Below, piece by piece: positions 40,407-50,681 of a stretch of 64,000 nucleotides of DNA. A model generated the notes under the pieces. It saw nothing but the letters and a program-made list of their open reading frames with translations. It had not been told where the DNA came from and ran no database searches. The stretch covers positions 1,664,001 to 1,728,000 of the forward strand of contig CAWCMR010000025.1 of the NCBI GenBank assembly GCA_963796685.1, written 5' to 3'. Position numbers and translations under genes: made by a program. Each line of letters begins with the position of its first letter. Position 1 is the stretch's first letter. The stretch is from an uncultured delta proteobacterium (GTDB taxonomy: Bacteria; Myxococcota_A; Polyangia; Fen-1088).

Positions 40407-42521
40407 CTACGAAGACGAGCTTGCGAGACATACGCCATCCAGAAACCGACGGGTACCCTCCACATCCAAGAGCTTTTCGGCCAAGAGTCTGTCCTCATCC
40501 TTCTCGGGCAAGCAGGGCTGGAATTTGCTGACCATGCCACGGGCCATGCCTCGAGCAGCGGCGGCGGCGACTTGCTCCCATTCCATTCCGGGGAGTGCCT
40601 GCACGGCCTTGCGCGCGGCAACCATGGAAAGCTCTTTGCAGCGAAGGGACAGATTGCCTGCCACCCATTTCTTGCCGGACTTCTGCTCAAGTCCCGCCGC
40701 CAGTAGGCGGTTCACAGCGCCGCCTGAGAAGGTGTGCCAGACGATGCCGTCTGGCTGTTCCTCAAGGGGCGCTTGCCCCTGCACTAACACGCCAGAGTAG
40801 GATTCACGCAGACTTGCCAGCTCCAGAGCCGCTGGCCGGGATAACCAGCCCGCCTCGCCTTCCTCGCGCAGCAGAACATCGAGCATGGTCTGGCAGATTC
40901 TGGTCGAAAGAGCGCCCGGAAAGCCAATCCAGCTCGGGACCCTACCTCGGTCGGCGGGTTTGACATGCAGCACGCCCTTCGACCACTCGCTCTGACCGAC
41001 CTCCCAGGCACGACCACCCAGCCGGAAACAGAGCGGGCCCTGGCTGTAGTCGTGCATGGCAACGAAGGTCGCCTGAATGTGTCCCACTTCCTCCTTGCCG
41101 TGCAGAACCAGCATGACGGGCGGAGCAGTGAAGACGGCATAGAGCTCGAAGAAATTCTTCCGGCCATACAGCTTCTCGCCATGTTTGCCGAGCGAAAGGA
41201 CGCCGTCCGCTTCGTAGAGGATCTCTCGCGCCACCATGGTGTCGACAAGGTTCTGTAGACGCTCGTTTCCGATGCCTGAGAACGAGTACGCAGCCTCGAT
41301 CCACGACAACAGACGATGCCGGGACAGCCCACCCTCTTGCAGCACCAGCGCCATCACCTGGTGTGCAAGGACGTGCATGGCTTGGGCGGCAGGCTTCACA
41401 TCTTCTACCCAGCCGGACTCGGCCAGGCGCAAAAGTGCGACTGACTGAAGCAGCGATTCGGGGGTGAGGCAGAAGAAGGTGCAGTTGGTTCGCGTGTTGG
41501 CGCGCCGGCCCGTGCGCCCGAGGCGCTGAAGGAAGGATGCCACGGAACCCGGCGCATCGACTTGGATCACCTGGTCCAGATCGCCCACGTCGATGCCCAA
41601 CTCCATGGTGGACGTACACACGATCGCCGTGTTTTGGCCTCGAGCGAACTGTTCCTCGGCAAGCGTCCTATCGGCCCTGCTGACGGAGCTGTGGTGGATG
41701 AACACCTCCACGCCGGATCCGCCAAGCGCCTGGGCCACACGCTCGGCCTTGGAACGACTCTCGACAAAGACCAGGCTCTTCTTGCCGCGGGCGATGTGCG
41801 AGATCCCCAATGCCGCTTGTTGGACGTCATCGCAGTAGTCGATGTGGAGCTCGCGCTGGGCCTTCGCCTTCGGCGGATCGACAAGTCGAAATGCCCGCTT
41901 GCTCGATCCCCGAAGCCACTCCCCAATGACCAACGGGTTGCCGACCGTCGCGGAAAGTCCGATGCGCTGGACGTCGCGCTTACACAACGTTACCAGACGC
42001 TCCAAGAGCGCAGCCAAGTGGGCGCCACGGTCGTCACCTGCAAAAGCGTGGACCTCATCAATGACCACGGCGGAGAGATTCTGGAACAGCGCCTTGGCGT
42101 CCGTCCGGTCGCTGATCAGCATGACCTCAAGCGACTCGGGTGTGGTCATCAAAATGTGGGCGGGCGACTCTCTGAAGCCCTGCTTCCTCGAATCGCTCAC
42201 ATCGCCGTGCCACTTGAACACGTCCAGCCCAACCATGCGCGCGTAACTGCGCAGTCGCTCTTCCTGGTTGTTTAGCAGCGCGCGGATGGGGCACACGTAG
42301 AGAACCGAGACTGGAGACAGGCCCTCGGTCAAGATGCGCGAAAGCAGCGGAAAAATGGCGGCCTCGGTCTTGCCGCCCGCAGTGGGTGCCAAGACGACAG
42401 CGTTGCAGCCGTCCAGAACGGCCTCAATGGTCAGATCCTGGACCGGCCGAAGAGAGCGCCACCCAAGGTCGTGAACGATTCCGTGCTGCAGGTGCGGGTG
42501 AAGTCGCTCAAGCCCTGGCAT
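40407..42521 (-). CDS. brxHI: BREX Lhr-like DEAD/DEAH helicase
   Basis: APTAGGKT, DEVH, SAT, ELGIDVG, QRLGRTGR; follows brxD. Confidence 0.88.
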   Translation of the reverse strand: MPGLERLHPHLQHGIVHDLGWRSLRPVQDLTIEAVLDGCNAVVLAPTAGGKTEAAIFPLLSRILTEGLSPVSVLYVCPIRALLNNQEERLRSYARMVGLDVFKWHGDVSDSRKQGFRESPAHILMTTPESLEVMLISDRTDAKALFQNLSAVVIDEVHAFAGDDRGAHLAALLERLVTLCKRDVQRIGLSATVGNPLVIGEWLRGSSKRAFRLVDPPKAKAQRELHIDYCDDVQQAALGISHIARGKKSLVFVESRSKAERVAQALGGSGVEVFIHHSSVSRADRTLAEEQFARGQNTAIVCTSTMELGIDVGDLDQVIQVDAPGSVASFLQRLGRTGRRANTRTNCTFFCLTPESLLQSVALLRLAESGWVEDVKPAAQAMHVLAHQVMALVLQEGGLSRHRLLSWIEAAYSFSGIGNERLQNLVDTMVAREILYEADGVLSLGKHGEKLYGRKNFFELYAVFTAPPVMLVLHGKEEVGHIQATFVAMHDYSQGPLCFRLGGRAWEVGQSEWSKGVLHVKPADRGRVPSWIGFPGALSTRICQTMLDVLLREEGEAGWLSRPAALELASLRESYSGVLVQGQAPLEEQPDGIVWHTFSGGAVNRLLAAGLEQKSGKKWVAGNLSLRCKELSMVAARKAVQALPGMEWEQVAAAAARGMARGMVSKFQPCLPEKDEDRLLAEKLLDVEGTRRFLDGVCLASSSS

Positions 42522-42524
42522 AGC

Positions 42525-43880
42525 CTACCCGTCCAGTCGCTTGGGCTTCGCCGGAGTAGGCGTTTCCCCCTCGCCTTCCTCGCTCTCGGCTTCGACCTCG
42601 ATGGGCCGTCCAAGCTTGGCGGCCAGCTCCTCAGCCGTCAGCTTCGCGTCTTCGAGCTCCAGCTTGTAGTGCTGCGCGGGCGAGTAGTCCTCGTGCAGGT
42701 CAACCCGATCCATGACATCCACCAGCTCACGAAGAAACAGCCTCGGTGCGAGTGCCACCTTGCCACCGAAACCGGCGGTGACCTGCGACACCAAGGCCGC
42801 GAGAAATTGGTCATCCACGCGGGCGGCAACTCGGTCAGCATGCTTGGCGGGGTACAGATCGCGTACACGATGGGCAACTGTCAGCAGACGATCCTCGGTG
42901 AAGGGAAGGAGCCGAACTTGGGGCGCACGCAGATTGTCGAAGCGAGGATCCTCACTGAAGCTGACCTGAACCCGCTGGTGAAGCGCCCCAGAGCCCTTCA
43001 GACCTTTGTATCCCTCGAAGAAGTCCCTGGTGCCGGTGATGACCAGATAGAGCCCGGGCAACTGGTCGTTCGCCAACATGTCCATGAACTGCCGGAGGGC
43101 AAGGAGGGACTTTTCCCTGGTCTGAGAATTCATCCTCTGAATCGTCTCGACCTCGTCGAGCACAACGACCAGCCCCTTGTAGCTGGACTGGCGCAACAAC
43201 TGGAGCAGCCCCGCCAGGAATGTTAGCGAAGCCTGCCCGTCCACCTTCCCCTTGGTACCGGCTTCCTTCAGGACCGAACGGTCGGTATGGGGCTGGCCAG
43301 CCACCCACGCCAGCAGCCCTTGCGCTGTGGCAAAATCACCATCGTGCGTGGCGCGATGGTAGGCGCGCAGGACCTGGGCGAAGGCCGGATTCCGTCGCGA
43401 CAGATCCGCCAGCTTGTCCTCCAGCCGTTGCTCAGTCGCATCCGCGAACCCGGGATCTTCCTCCGTCATGCCCTTCAGGCGAATGACCTCGTCCCCAATT
43501 TGATACAGCCATCCGTCCACGACGGCCTGAAAGGCGTTGGGACCATCGGCAGCGGTCGCAAGGTGTTCTATCAGCCGCCGGTAGACGGTCTCAAGATGGT
43601 GCAGTGGAGTGTCGTTGATCGAGATCTGCACCTCGGAAGTGGCGAAGCCTCGCTGCCGCGCCTTCGCACACAGGTAGCGGGCGGCAAAGGTCTTGCCAGT
43701 CCCGTACTCGCCACGAATCCACTTGGAAACACCCTTGCCCGTGGCGACGAAGTCTAAGTCTTGGTTCACGGCATCCAGCAACGGATCCAGCCCTGTCGCG
43801 AAGTGCTCCAGGCCCTGCGCCGGCACTAGCCCGCTCCGTAGTGCGTTGATGATGGTCGGAGATTCAGGAAACACAGCCAT
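42525..43880 (-). CDS. brxD: BREX ATP-binding protein
   Basis: IINALRSGLVP, GEYGTGKT, VVVLDEVE. Confidence 0.9.
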   Translation of the reverse strand: MAVFPESPTIINALRSGLVPAQGLEHFATGLDPLLDAVNQDLDFVATGKGVSKWIRGEYGTGKTFAARYLCAKARQRGFATSEVQISINDTPLHHLETVYRRLIEHLATAADGPNAFQAVVDGWLYQIGDEVIRLKGMTEEDPGFADATEQRLEDKLADLSRRNPAFAQVLRAYHRATHDGDFATAQGLLAWVAGQPHTDRSVLKEAGTKGKVDGQASLTFLAGLLQLLRQSSYKGLVVVLDEVETIQRMNSQTREKSLLALRQFMDMLANDQLPGLYLVITGTRDFFEGYKGLKGSGALHQRVQVSFSEDPRFDNLRAPQVRLLPFTEDRLLTVAHRVRDLYPAKHADRVAARVDDQFLAALVSQVTAGFGGKVALAPRLFLRELVDVMDRVDLHEDYSPAQHYKLELEDAKLTAEELAAKLGRPIEVEAESEEGEGETPTPAKPKRLDG

Positions 43881-46462
43881 CAGCCCGCCTCCTTACCCTG
43901 GTAGCGATACATGGTTTCGCCGCTCGGTAGCCGCTCATCCGTAAACAGAACGTACCCTTCTACGTGCAAGGTTCGGCGCAAGGTCACCATCAGGCCGTTG
44001 AGGCGACCTGGATTCTTTTTCAAACGCTCGGCCAACTCGCTGGCACGGGCAGACCCGTTGTCGCGCAACAACACCAGAACTCCCTTTTCGTCCAGACTTA
44101 GGCGTTCGACAAGTGCCGCAGGCAGCGGTAGCGAGCCCGCCCGATCAGCCGGGTTGAACAACGAGAGTTGTGGCTTTGTCTTGGGCAACAACTTGTCCGA
44201 AGGCAGGGGCGTCCGGATCGGCGGCTCAACCGGACGCGCCTCTGGAGTAGCTTCGGCCAAGGCTCCGCGCCCAAACCACCAGGCCGGCTCGTCCGCCGGC
44301 AAACCATCTCGTTCGATCCAAGCCAGTGGCACCACCATTTCCTCCAACCCACATCCCCCGTGGAACCCCACCTGCTGTCCCCCAAGGTACACACCAGAAC
44401 GCCAAGCAAAGGCCCGTCTCTGAGGTGGCCCACCCAACCCTGCCAGATCGATCTCCATGAACCCTTCTGGCACCGGATCGTGTTTAGCCAGCACGGCATA
44501 GCGGGGCGCCTTGCCTGCTCCTTGTCGCAAAGTCTTGTCGACGAAGGGGCTGTGCCCGTGGTCGGCGGTCAGCAGAACGCGCCGATTGGCTTTGAGCGCC
44601 GCCCGCAAGGCCGGTTTGAACGCAGTGATGCTCTCGGGAGAGAGCGCCACCGTCGCGCCAGTATTCGAAGAGCCAATCTGGTCATCCACGGCGTTAAAGA
44701 CAGCCGCTACCACCTCAATGGATGGGTCTTGCAGCGCTGACAACAACGCCTGCCCGCCGTCGCCAAGATCCGACTTGAGGAACAACCGACGGGTCCGAGC
44801 GCCCAGCGCCGCATTCTGATTGAAGCGCGCTTTGTCGGTCTTGGTCTCCTCTTCATCGCGAAATACGGTCTCGGCAACAAGGGGGTCGTTCGGCAGCTCA
44901 CCCAGGAAAATCGCGCCTCGGGCGTGGCTGGTGATGGTTGGCAGTGCCGAGAGCGCAGGCAGCCCCGCCACACGACCATCGGGATCGGGTTTCACGCCGA
45001 GTGGGAAACCGCCGTCCTGTGAAAGCGCATAGAGAAGCTCCAAGAATACGGGATAGCTGCACCCATCCAGGACCACGACAAACAGCTGGGCGTCGGACTC
45101 ACGCTGCCACAGCGGCGCGACAGTCCGTTTCCAGATTCGATGAACAGGCACCAGCCCCTCGGTGTGAAGGGTCGCCTCGTAGCCCTTGGCCAGCGACTCT
45201 GCGAATTGGCGGTTCTGGCGATCGCGACGATCTCGGCAGGCAGCCAGCAGCTTCTTCGCCTCACTGTGGTAGTGCGCGCTATTGGCTAGCGCCCGGCGGA
45301 GCCGCAGCATCGCCAGATCCGCAAAGGCGCCCTGACGCTGGTATTCCTGCACCTGCTCCAGGATGTCGGTCTTCAGCGATGGCGGTTGATCGAGATAGCG
45401 GGACACCCGCGCCATCGCGTCCAGCATGGCGAGATCTTCGCGATTCATGGCGGCCGCACGGTGTCCGGTTAGCCAGGCAATATCGACTGCGCTGATGGCC
45501 TTGCCGTTTGCCGCCTGCTGCGCCAGAGCGTGGCAGCGATCTTCGAAGGCCAATGGAAGCACGCGACTGGTCTGCAACTGTGACGGCGTCAGGCACTCGC
45601 GGCCAACACGGTCGGCTGCTGCCAACAACTTGCCGGCGGCATCTCCCAAGGCGATCAACGTGTCCTCGGCCAGGCGCGACAACACCCGCCGCAGAATCCT
45701 GCGATCCATTTCCAGTGGCGCCTCGGTGGCTGCCTTCCACAGCGCTCCCCACGCTGGCTTGGGCAGCTCGGGCGCCTCCACCGTCAGCACGGCACCGTGG
45801 ACGACCAGCTCTCGCAGTCTCGACTCTGGCTCTGCCAGCGCCCAGGCCAGCAATCGGCCTTCGTCACCATGAAGCGTGGGCAAAGCCTCCCGGACCAGCT
45901 TGTTTACATTTTCTGACCATCGTGGCGGCTCTTGCACCCACGCCGCCAACAGCCGCGCCGGGGTCTGCGTTCGGACCTGCTCGCCCACACTGACATCCAC
46001 CAGCATTTCAGTCAGCAGGCGACGGTCGATCACGGTGGGAAGCGTCCGGTGGCTCATGGCCAGGCCCAACTTGTCCACGTTCTCGAGAGCAAGCTGTTGC
46101 ATGTAGGGCGCGTCGGCCCCCACCACCCGAACGCCAAGAACGACTTCCAGCACGTCGTTCACCGACAAAGCGTGGACCCGCTGGTTGCGCGCACGGCGCA
46201 GAATATCGGGCGACCTCTGGATGCGCTGGGCGATCTCCTCGGGCATGACAGCGATCAGTGGCGCGCCCTTCGCCTTCCATAGCAAGTGCCGAAGTCCCAG
46301 CTCGGTCGCAACCCTGTGCACGCGGTAGGCGCCTTTCGGCGTGGGCATCTGGTCCGGGAGGTCCTCAAGTCCCTCGCCGTCGATAACCAGCAGATAGCCA
46401 GTCTCCGTTGCACCACCGGCCTGGTCCAGCAAGCGGCGCAGAAGTAGCTGGGCTGCGCTCAC
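43880..46462 (-). CDS. pglZ: BREX-2 alkaline-phosphatase-fold protein with C-terminal wHTH
   Basis: VVLDG, LPTIT..AR, TADHGH, HGG...EEMVVP. Confidence 0.9.
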   Translation of the reverse strand: MSAAQLLLRRLLDQAGGATETGYLLVIDGEGLEDLPDQMPTPKGAYRVHRVATELGLRHLLWKAKGAPLIAVMPEEIAQRIQRSPDILRRARNQRVHALSVNDVLEVVLGVRVVGADAPYMQQLALENVDKLGLAMSHRTLPTVIDRRLLTEMLVDVSVGEQVRTQTPARLLAAWVQEPPRWSENVNKLVREALPTLHGDEGRLLAWALAEPESRLRELVVHGAVLTVEAPELPKPAWGALWKAATEAPLEMDRRILRRVLSRLAEDTLIALGDAAGKLLAAADRVGRECLTPSQLQTSRVLPLAFEDRCHALAQQAANGKAISAVDIAWLTGHRAAAMNREDLAMLDAMARVSRYLDQPPSLKTDILEQVQEYQRQGAFADLAMLRLRRALANSAHYHSEAKKLLAACRDRRDRQNRQFAESLAKGYEATLHTEGLVPVHRIWKRTVAPLWQRESDAQLFVVVLDGCSYPVFLELLYALSQDGGFPLGVKPDPDGRVAGLPALSALPTITSHARGAIFLGELPNDPLVAETVFRDEEETKTDKARFNQNAALGARTRRLFLKSDLGDGGQALLSALQDPSIEVVAAVFNAVDDQIGSSNTGATVALSPESITAFKPALRAALKANRRVLLTADHGHSPFVDKTLRQGAGKAPRYAVLAKHDPVPEGFMEIDLAGLGGPPQRRAFAWRSGVYLGGQQVGFHGGCGLEEMVVPLAWIERDGLPADEPAWWFGRGALAEATPEARPVEPPIRTPLPSDKLLPKTKPQLSLFNPADRAGSLPLPAALVERLSLDEKGVLVLLRDNGSARASELAERLKKNPGRLNGLMVTLRRTLHVEGYVLFTDERLPSGETMYRYQGKEAG

Positions 46463-49400
46463 TCGCTGTCCTCCTCCTGGATCAGCTTGAGGCTGATGCT
46501 TCCGCTACCCGCTTTCGACAGGGCTTTTCCAACCTCCTTCATGAAAGCAGAGACGGCGGTGGTATCGCCTGGATTCAGGCGGGCTTTGTACAGAACGACA
46601 CGCGCTGGCAGCGGCGGTGGCAAAGGCACTGGAATTGGCGTTGGCGTCGGCTGCTCGATCAGCTTCCTGGTCAGATCCTGCGCCTTGGTGTTCCAGGATT
46701 GGACCCAAACCGTCGTCAGCGGTTGATCTGTCTGCGCGCCAGCCATGCGGCTGGCAAGCGTTCCCAGGTGCTCGCGCACTTCTGCTCCAAAGGCGCCGTG
46801 CTGGGTCCCTGCGTTCAAGTTTGCGCGCGCGTGCTCATTGAGCTCGCCCACGGCGGCGAGGATCAAGTCCGCCTCGTGGACAATGGAGCGCAAAGGGTCA
46901 GCTGTGTTGTCGGGCCAAACCGAGAGCAGCTCGGTAAGCACCTTGTGGCTGTCCGAGGTGGGCTGGCCAAGCGCGGCCAGCCGCGCGTTTGCCTCTGATA
47001 GCTCTTTCAGGCGCTCTCCGGTATCCACGCCAAGCTTGACCAGCCGCTCGTGCAACCGCTGCAGCACCGTGCGCTTCGCCTGCCCTGACTCTTTCAGCTT
47101 GGCCGCAAAGCGGTCCTGGCCCTGCAGCGAACGATGGGCCATCGGGCGCTCCAGGTTGAAGAGTTGGTTTCCCAGGTCGCGCAACCGATGCCATTCCGCC
47201 GCACCCACCAATTTGCCCCGCTGCAAACGCAAGCGCGCAGTCGGGGCCATTCCGATGCGTACCTCAACGGCCTCTCCATCGATTTCCTGCAAGGCTCGGT
47301 GGTCACGCTGGCACAGGAAGCACAGGAACAGATCGGTCACCAACGGTTGGAAACCGAAGTCCTCGCGTAGGTGGTCCGCAATGGGCACCCAAGCCACCGA
47401 ATCCTGATCCGTCCGCTGAAGGACGTCCTTGATGTAGCGCGAATCCAGACGCAACATCGCCTTGGTCTGCCCTAGATTGACCAGTTCCAGCGGTTGGCCA
47501 AGTGTCCGCAGCACCTTGCCCGTGGCTTCGTCATACGCGACCGACACATTGGTCTCGCCCGCGTCGACCATCCACTTGAGCAAGGCTTCCAGATCCTGCT
47601 TCTTGGGCTCGGCCAGGAAGGTCGGGTGCTGCGGATAACGCCGGTCCATCAGCAGCGTCGCGATGTGCTCCAGGTTCTCGCTCAAGGTCTCGCGTGGGCG
47701 GCTGCTGTCCACGTCTGAGATCAGCGCGACGAACTCGCCGTGGTGAACGTAGACCTCTTTCAGCAATTCCTCTAGCTGTCCGACCAGCGTCCTTTCGCGA
47801 ATTCCGGCCTGTTCCAGAATCTTGCCGCGATCTTGTGGCCCCAGGGTTTCGAGCAGATCCTCTTGCCCGGGCGTGGACAGCAAATACCTCACCGCTGCGA
47901 GCTCGGTCAGAACGCCAAGCTCGGCCGGGGTCATGTGACGGGGCAGCCAGCACACCGTGTGCAGCAGGCCCTTGTTCTTTCGCACGTTGGCGGCCCGCAG
48001 ACGATCTTCGTCGACCGTATGGCCTGGTTCGTCCCAGGGGTAGTCGATCAAGACCCTGAACGCGCCATCCGGTGGCACGAAATCGTCGTAGGACAGCTCG
48101 CGAATGTTGCCCAGCTTGATGCGGCCACGGCGCTTGGTGCCCCGCCAGGTCAGATCCCAGTCACCCTCGTTCACACCGCCCTCCTCGAAACCGCGACTGT
48201 TCTCAAGCTCCAGAGCCTGCTTCAGCGCCTTCCAGAAAATCTCGAACTGCTTGGCTACGCTGCCCTCGACCTTGGAACGCGCGCGCACGAGAACTGCACC
48301 TAGGCTTACTCGTCCAAGAACGTAGCGAACGATCGCGGTCTTGCCCTGCCCAGCCACCTGCAGGTCGGGAACAAGCTGGGAAAGTGCCAGTAGATCCGTC
48401 TCGGCCACGCGCACGCGACTACGGAAGGTCTCACCCTCTACGTCCACTGAGTTGAGCTGGACCAAGCGCTCGATGGTCAGTCCGCCCTGCTTCAAGCGCG
48501 GCGACACCTCGGCCAACAGCACCGTCTTCACGAGCTGATCCAGCGCACGCTGGCGTTCGGCATTGAACTCGGTCGCGCGCTCCTCGGCGATCTTCTGCAT
48601 GGCCGGCGCAAGGCGCGAATAGTACTGGTGGTGAACGTCCTGCATCACCTCCACCTTCTTGCTCGCCTCGACCCCGGATTCGGGGAAGATGGCGGCAAAG
48701 GCCGAGCCCACGGGCAGAAACTCGCCCAGCGGCAGATTCGGATAGTGCAGAACCAGCAATTCGTAGAGTAGGCGAAGCGCCGAGCGCTCGCGCTGCATGA
48801 GCGAGGTGACATCCACGAGCATTTCGATCAGGGCCGGGTGGAATGGATACACGTCACGCAGGTACTCGATGTCCCCGCCGGCCAGGAGCGCTGGGAGCAC
48901 CTTCTCGTGCCGCTTGGAAAGCGAGGCCACCGCCTCTGCCACTGCGGCCGCATCTTTGGGCCGTAGCACGCGCCCCTTCACGATGTGGCGCAACTCCACG
49001 TCCTGCAGCTTGGTCACCTCGAAGCGTTTCGAGTGATGGTCGAGGTGCTCGTGGATCTTGCTCTCGTCCACCAGATCCGGAAAAAACTCCTGCAAGTTCC
49101 GCTGGCGCGCGACGAAGGCGAAGATGGGCACCGTGCGCTGCCCGGTGTTGTGGTCGACGATGACGTTCAGGTTGTTGATCTCCTGCACGAACTCCTGCCC
49201 CGACTTTTCAGCCAGCCACAGCAAGAACTCGTCGATCATCAGCACGATGCCGCCAAAGCCCTGGGCCTTGGCGTGGGCTGCCATCCGCTTCAAACCCTCG
49301 CTCCAGTGTGGGTCGATACCCGCGTCCGCGGCGTCGCGCCCCTTGTACTTCAGCCATTCCCGGGCCAGCCGCTCGCGCTTCTGCGCCGAGCCGGTCGCCA

Positions 49401-49998
49401 GGGCCTCGAAGTCTTCCCGACTGCCCACCACGCCCGCGGCGGTCAGCCGCTTCCAGACGATGTCGCCGTACTCCTTCGACTCCCGCCGAACCTCATCGAA
49501 GATGGCCTCCACATTCAGGAACTCGAACTGCGCCTTGCCCCGGCGTTTCAGGGCGGCGTTGAACGCCTCGTAGATAGCCCGATCAAGGCCCGTGTTCTTC
49601 CCGCGCACGGACAGCATGTGGATGCGCACCACCAACAGCCCGGCCTTGCCCAGCCACGTTTCATGGTCGGCAGATTTGAAAAGCGGCCGAAACTTCTTCC
49701 ACGCCGGATCCGCTCCCTCTAGCAGCATGGAAAGCATGGTCAGGAAGTGCGACTTACCGCTGCCGAAGCTGCCGTGGATGAAACGCCCGTACTCCTCGCC
49801 TCGGTCGAAAACCTGTCTCATGTCTTCGAGGATGCGTGGCAGCTCGCTTTCAATGGCAGGCGTGATGACGTAGTCATCCACCAGTTGCCTGACCTCGTCC
49901 GAGCCAGGCTCGGCCTCGCGCAGCTTGACCACGAAGCCCATGGCCCGGATGTCCTGCGGCTTCGGCAGATCAAAGACGTCGGTGATGGTGGTGGTCAT
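46459..49998 (-). CDS. pglY: BREX-2 P-loop ATPase
   Basis: IHGSFGSGKSHF, LMIDE, FVARQR, YPFHPAL, RERSAL. Confidence 0.88.
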   Translation of the reverse strand: MTTTITDVFDLPKPQDIRAMGFVVKLREAEPGSDEVRQLVDDYVITPAIESELPRILEDMRQVFDRGEEYGRFIHGSFGSGKSHFLTMLSMLLEGADPAWKKFRPLFKSADHETWLGKAGLLVVRIHMLSVRGKNTGLDRAIYEAFNAALKRRGKAQFEFLNVEAIFDEVRRESKEYGDIVWKRLTAAGVVGSREDFEALATGSAQKRERLAREWLKYKGRDAADAGIDPHWSEGLKRMAAHAKAQGFGGIVLMIDEFLLWLAEKSGQEFVQEINNLNVIVDHNTGQRTVPIFAFVARQRNLQEFFPDLVDESKIHEHLDHHSKRFEVTKLQDVELRHIVKGRVLRPKDAAAVAEAVASLSKRHEKVLPALLAGGDIEYLRDVYPFHPALIEMLVDVTSLMQRERSALRLLYELLVLHYPNLPLGEFLPVGSAFAAIFPESGVEASKKVEVMQDVHHQYYSRLAPAMQKIAEERATEFNAERQRALDQLVKTVLLAEVSPRLKQGGLTIERLVQLNSVDVEGETFRSRVRVAETDLLALSQLVPDLQVAGQGKTAIVRYVLGRVSLGAVLVRARSKVEGSVAKQFEIFWKALKQALELENSRGFEEGGVNEGDWDLTWRGTKRRGRIKLGNIRELSYDDFVPPDGAFRVLIDYPWDEPGHTVDEDRLRAANVRKNKGLLHTVCWLPRHMTPAELGVLTELAAVRYLLSTPGQEDLLETLGPQDRGKILEQAGIRERTLVGQLEELLKEVYVHHGEFVALISDVDSSRPRETLSENLEHIATLLMDRRYPQHPTFLAEPKKQDLEALLKWMVDAGETNVSVAYDEATGKVLRTLGQPLELVNLGQTKAMLRLDSRYIKDVLQRTDQDSVAWVPIADHLREDFGFQPLVTDLFLCFLCQRDHRALQEIDGEAVEVRIGMAPTARLRLQRGKLVGAAEWHRLRDLGNQLFNLERPMAHRSLQGQDRFAAKLKESGQAKRTVLQRLHERLVKLGVDTGERLKELSEANARLAALGQPTSDSHKVLTELLSVWPDNTADPLRSIVHEADLILAAVGELNEHARANLNAGTQHGAFGAEVREHLGTLASRMAGAQTDQPLTTVWVQSWNTKAQDLTRKLIEQPTPTPIPVPLPPPLPARVVLYKARLNPGDTTAVSAFMKEVGKALSKAGSGSISLKLIQEEDSE

Positions 49999-50681
49999 TG
50001 CGCCTCTCCCAGGGCTTCCAGTTTCGCGATCCAGGCATCAAAGCGGGGACATTTCGCGCGTAGTGCCGCCAGGCCCAAAGCCTCGATCACCGAAGGCCCC
50101 ATGGTGACCTTGCGATAGCCCGGGACATGTTCCAACAGCCGCTTGGATGGTGCGGTTTCGTTGCCATCATTGACGTCCTCTGGGGAAAAATCCCCAAGCG
50201 AACGTTGGAGCGCCTCGACTCCCTCCCGGTCCACTTGTCCCGGCAGAAGGGCCGGCAGCTTGTCCAGGCCGGCCAGCACCAACGCCTCGAACTCGTGGCG
50301 TTGCAGGTAGGGAAGAAATCGATAATCGTCGATCTCTTTGGCCATGGCGAGCTCCAGCAGCCCCGCACGAACTGTTGTGTCCTGCTGCACCTCGCAACTG
50401 GACAGCTCCGGAAAATCTTCGGGCAACCCATACAGGTCGAACAGGGTTGTGATTCGAACGTCGCTGCCTGGGTTGGACTTGGACAAATTTGCAATGTCTT
50501 TGCGCCAATGCTTCCAGTGTCCGCCGCCACGGCCTAGCTTCTGGCCGGTCTTCCTATCGCGCTTCGTGGTCACTTCGATTGGCGTTGTCCATACATTCCT
50601 AGCGTCCAGGTGCGGTGCCAGCGTCGCCTTGGCGAAGGCTATCTCGGTGTCGCCCTCGACTACGACGAACAGCCGCCTCAC
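49995..50681 (-). CDS. DUF4276-family (TOPRIM-like) protein
   Basis: VVVEGDTE, DLYGLP, HEFEAL, PEDVND...APSKRL, CPRFDAW; GTGA-coupled to the ATPase. Confidence 0.82.
   Translation of the reverse strand: MRRLFVVVEGDTEIAFAKATLAPHLDARNVWTTPIEVTTKRDRKTGQKLGRGGGHWKHWRKDIANLSKSNPGSDVRITTLFDLYGLPEDFPELSSCEVQQDTTVRAGLLELAMAKEIDDYRFLPYLQRHEFEALVLAGLDKLPALLPGQVDREGVEALQRSLGDFSPEDVNDGNETAPSKRLLEHVPGYRKVTMGPSVIEALGLAALRAKCPRFDAWIAKLEALGEAQ

Noticed and set aside
40147-40431. Small lipoprotein-like ORF after brxHI
   Set aside because: A lipobox-like start is present but the rest is not convincingly protein-like; insufficient support.
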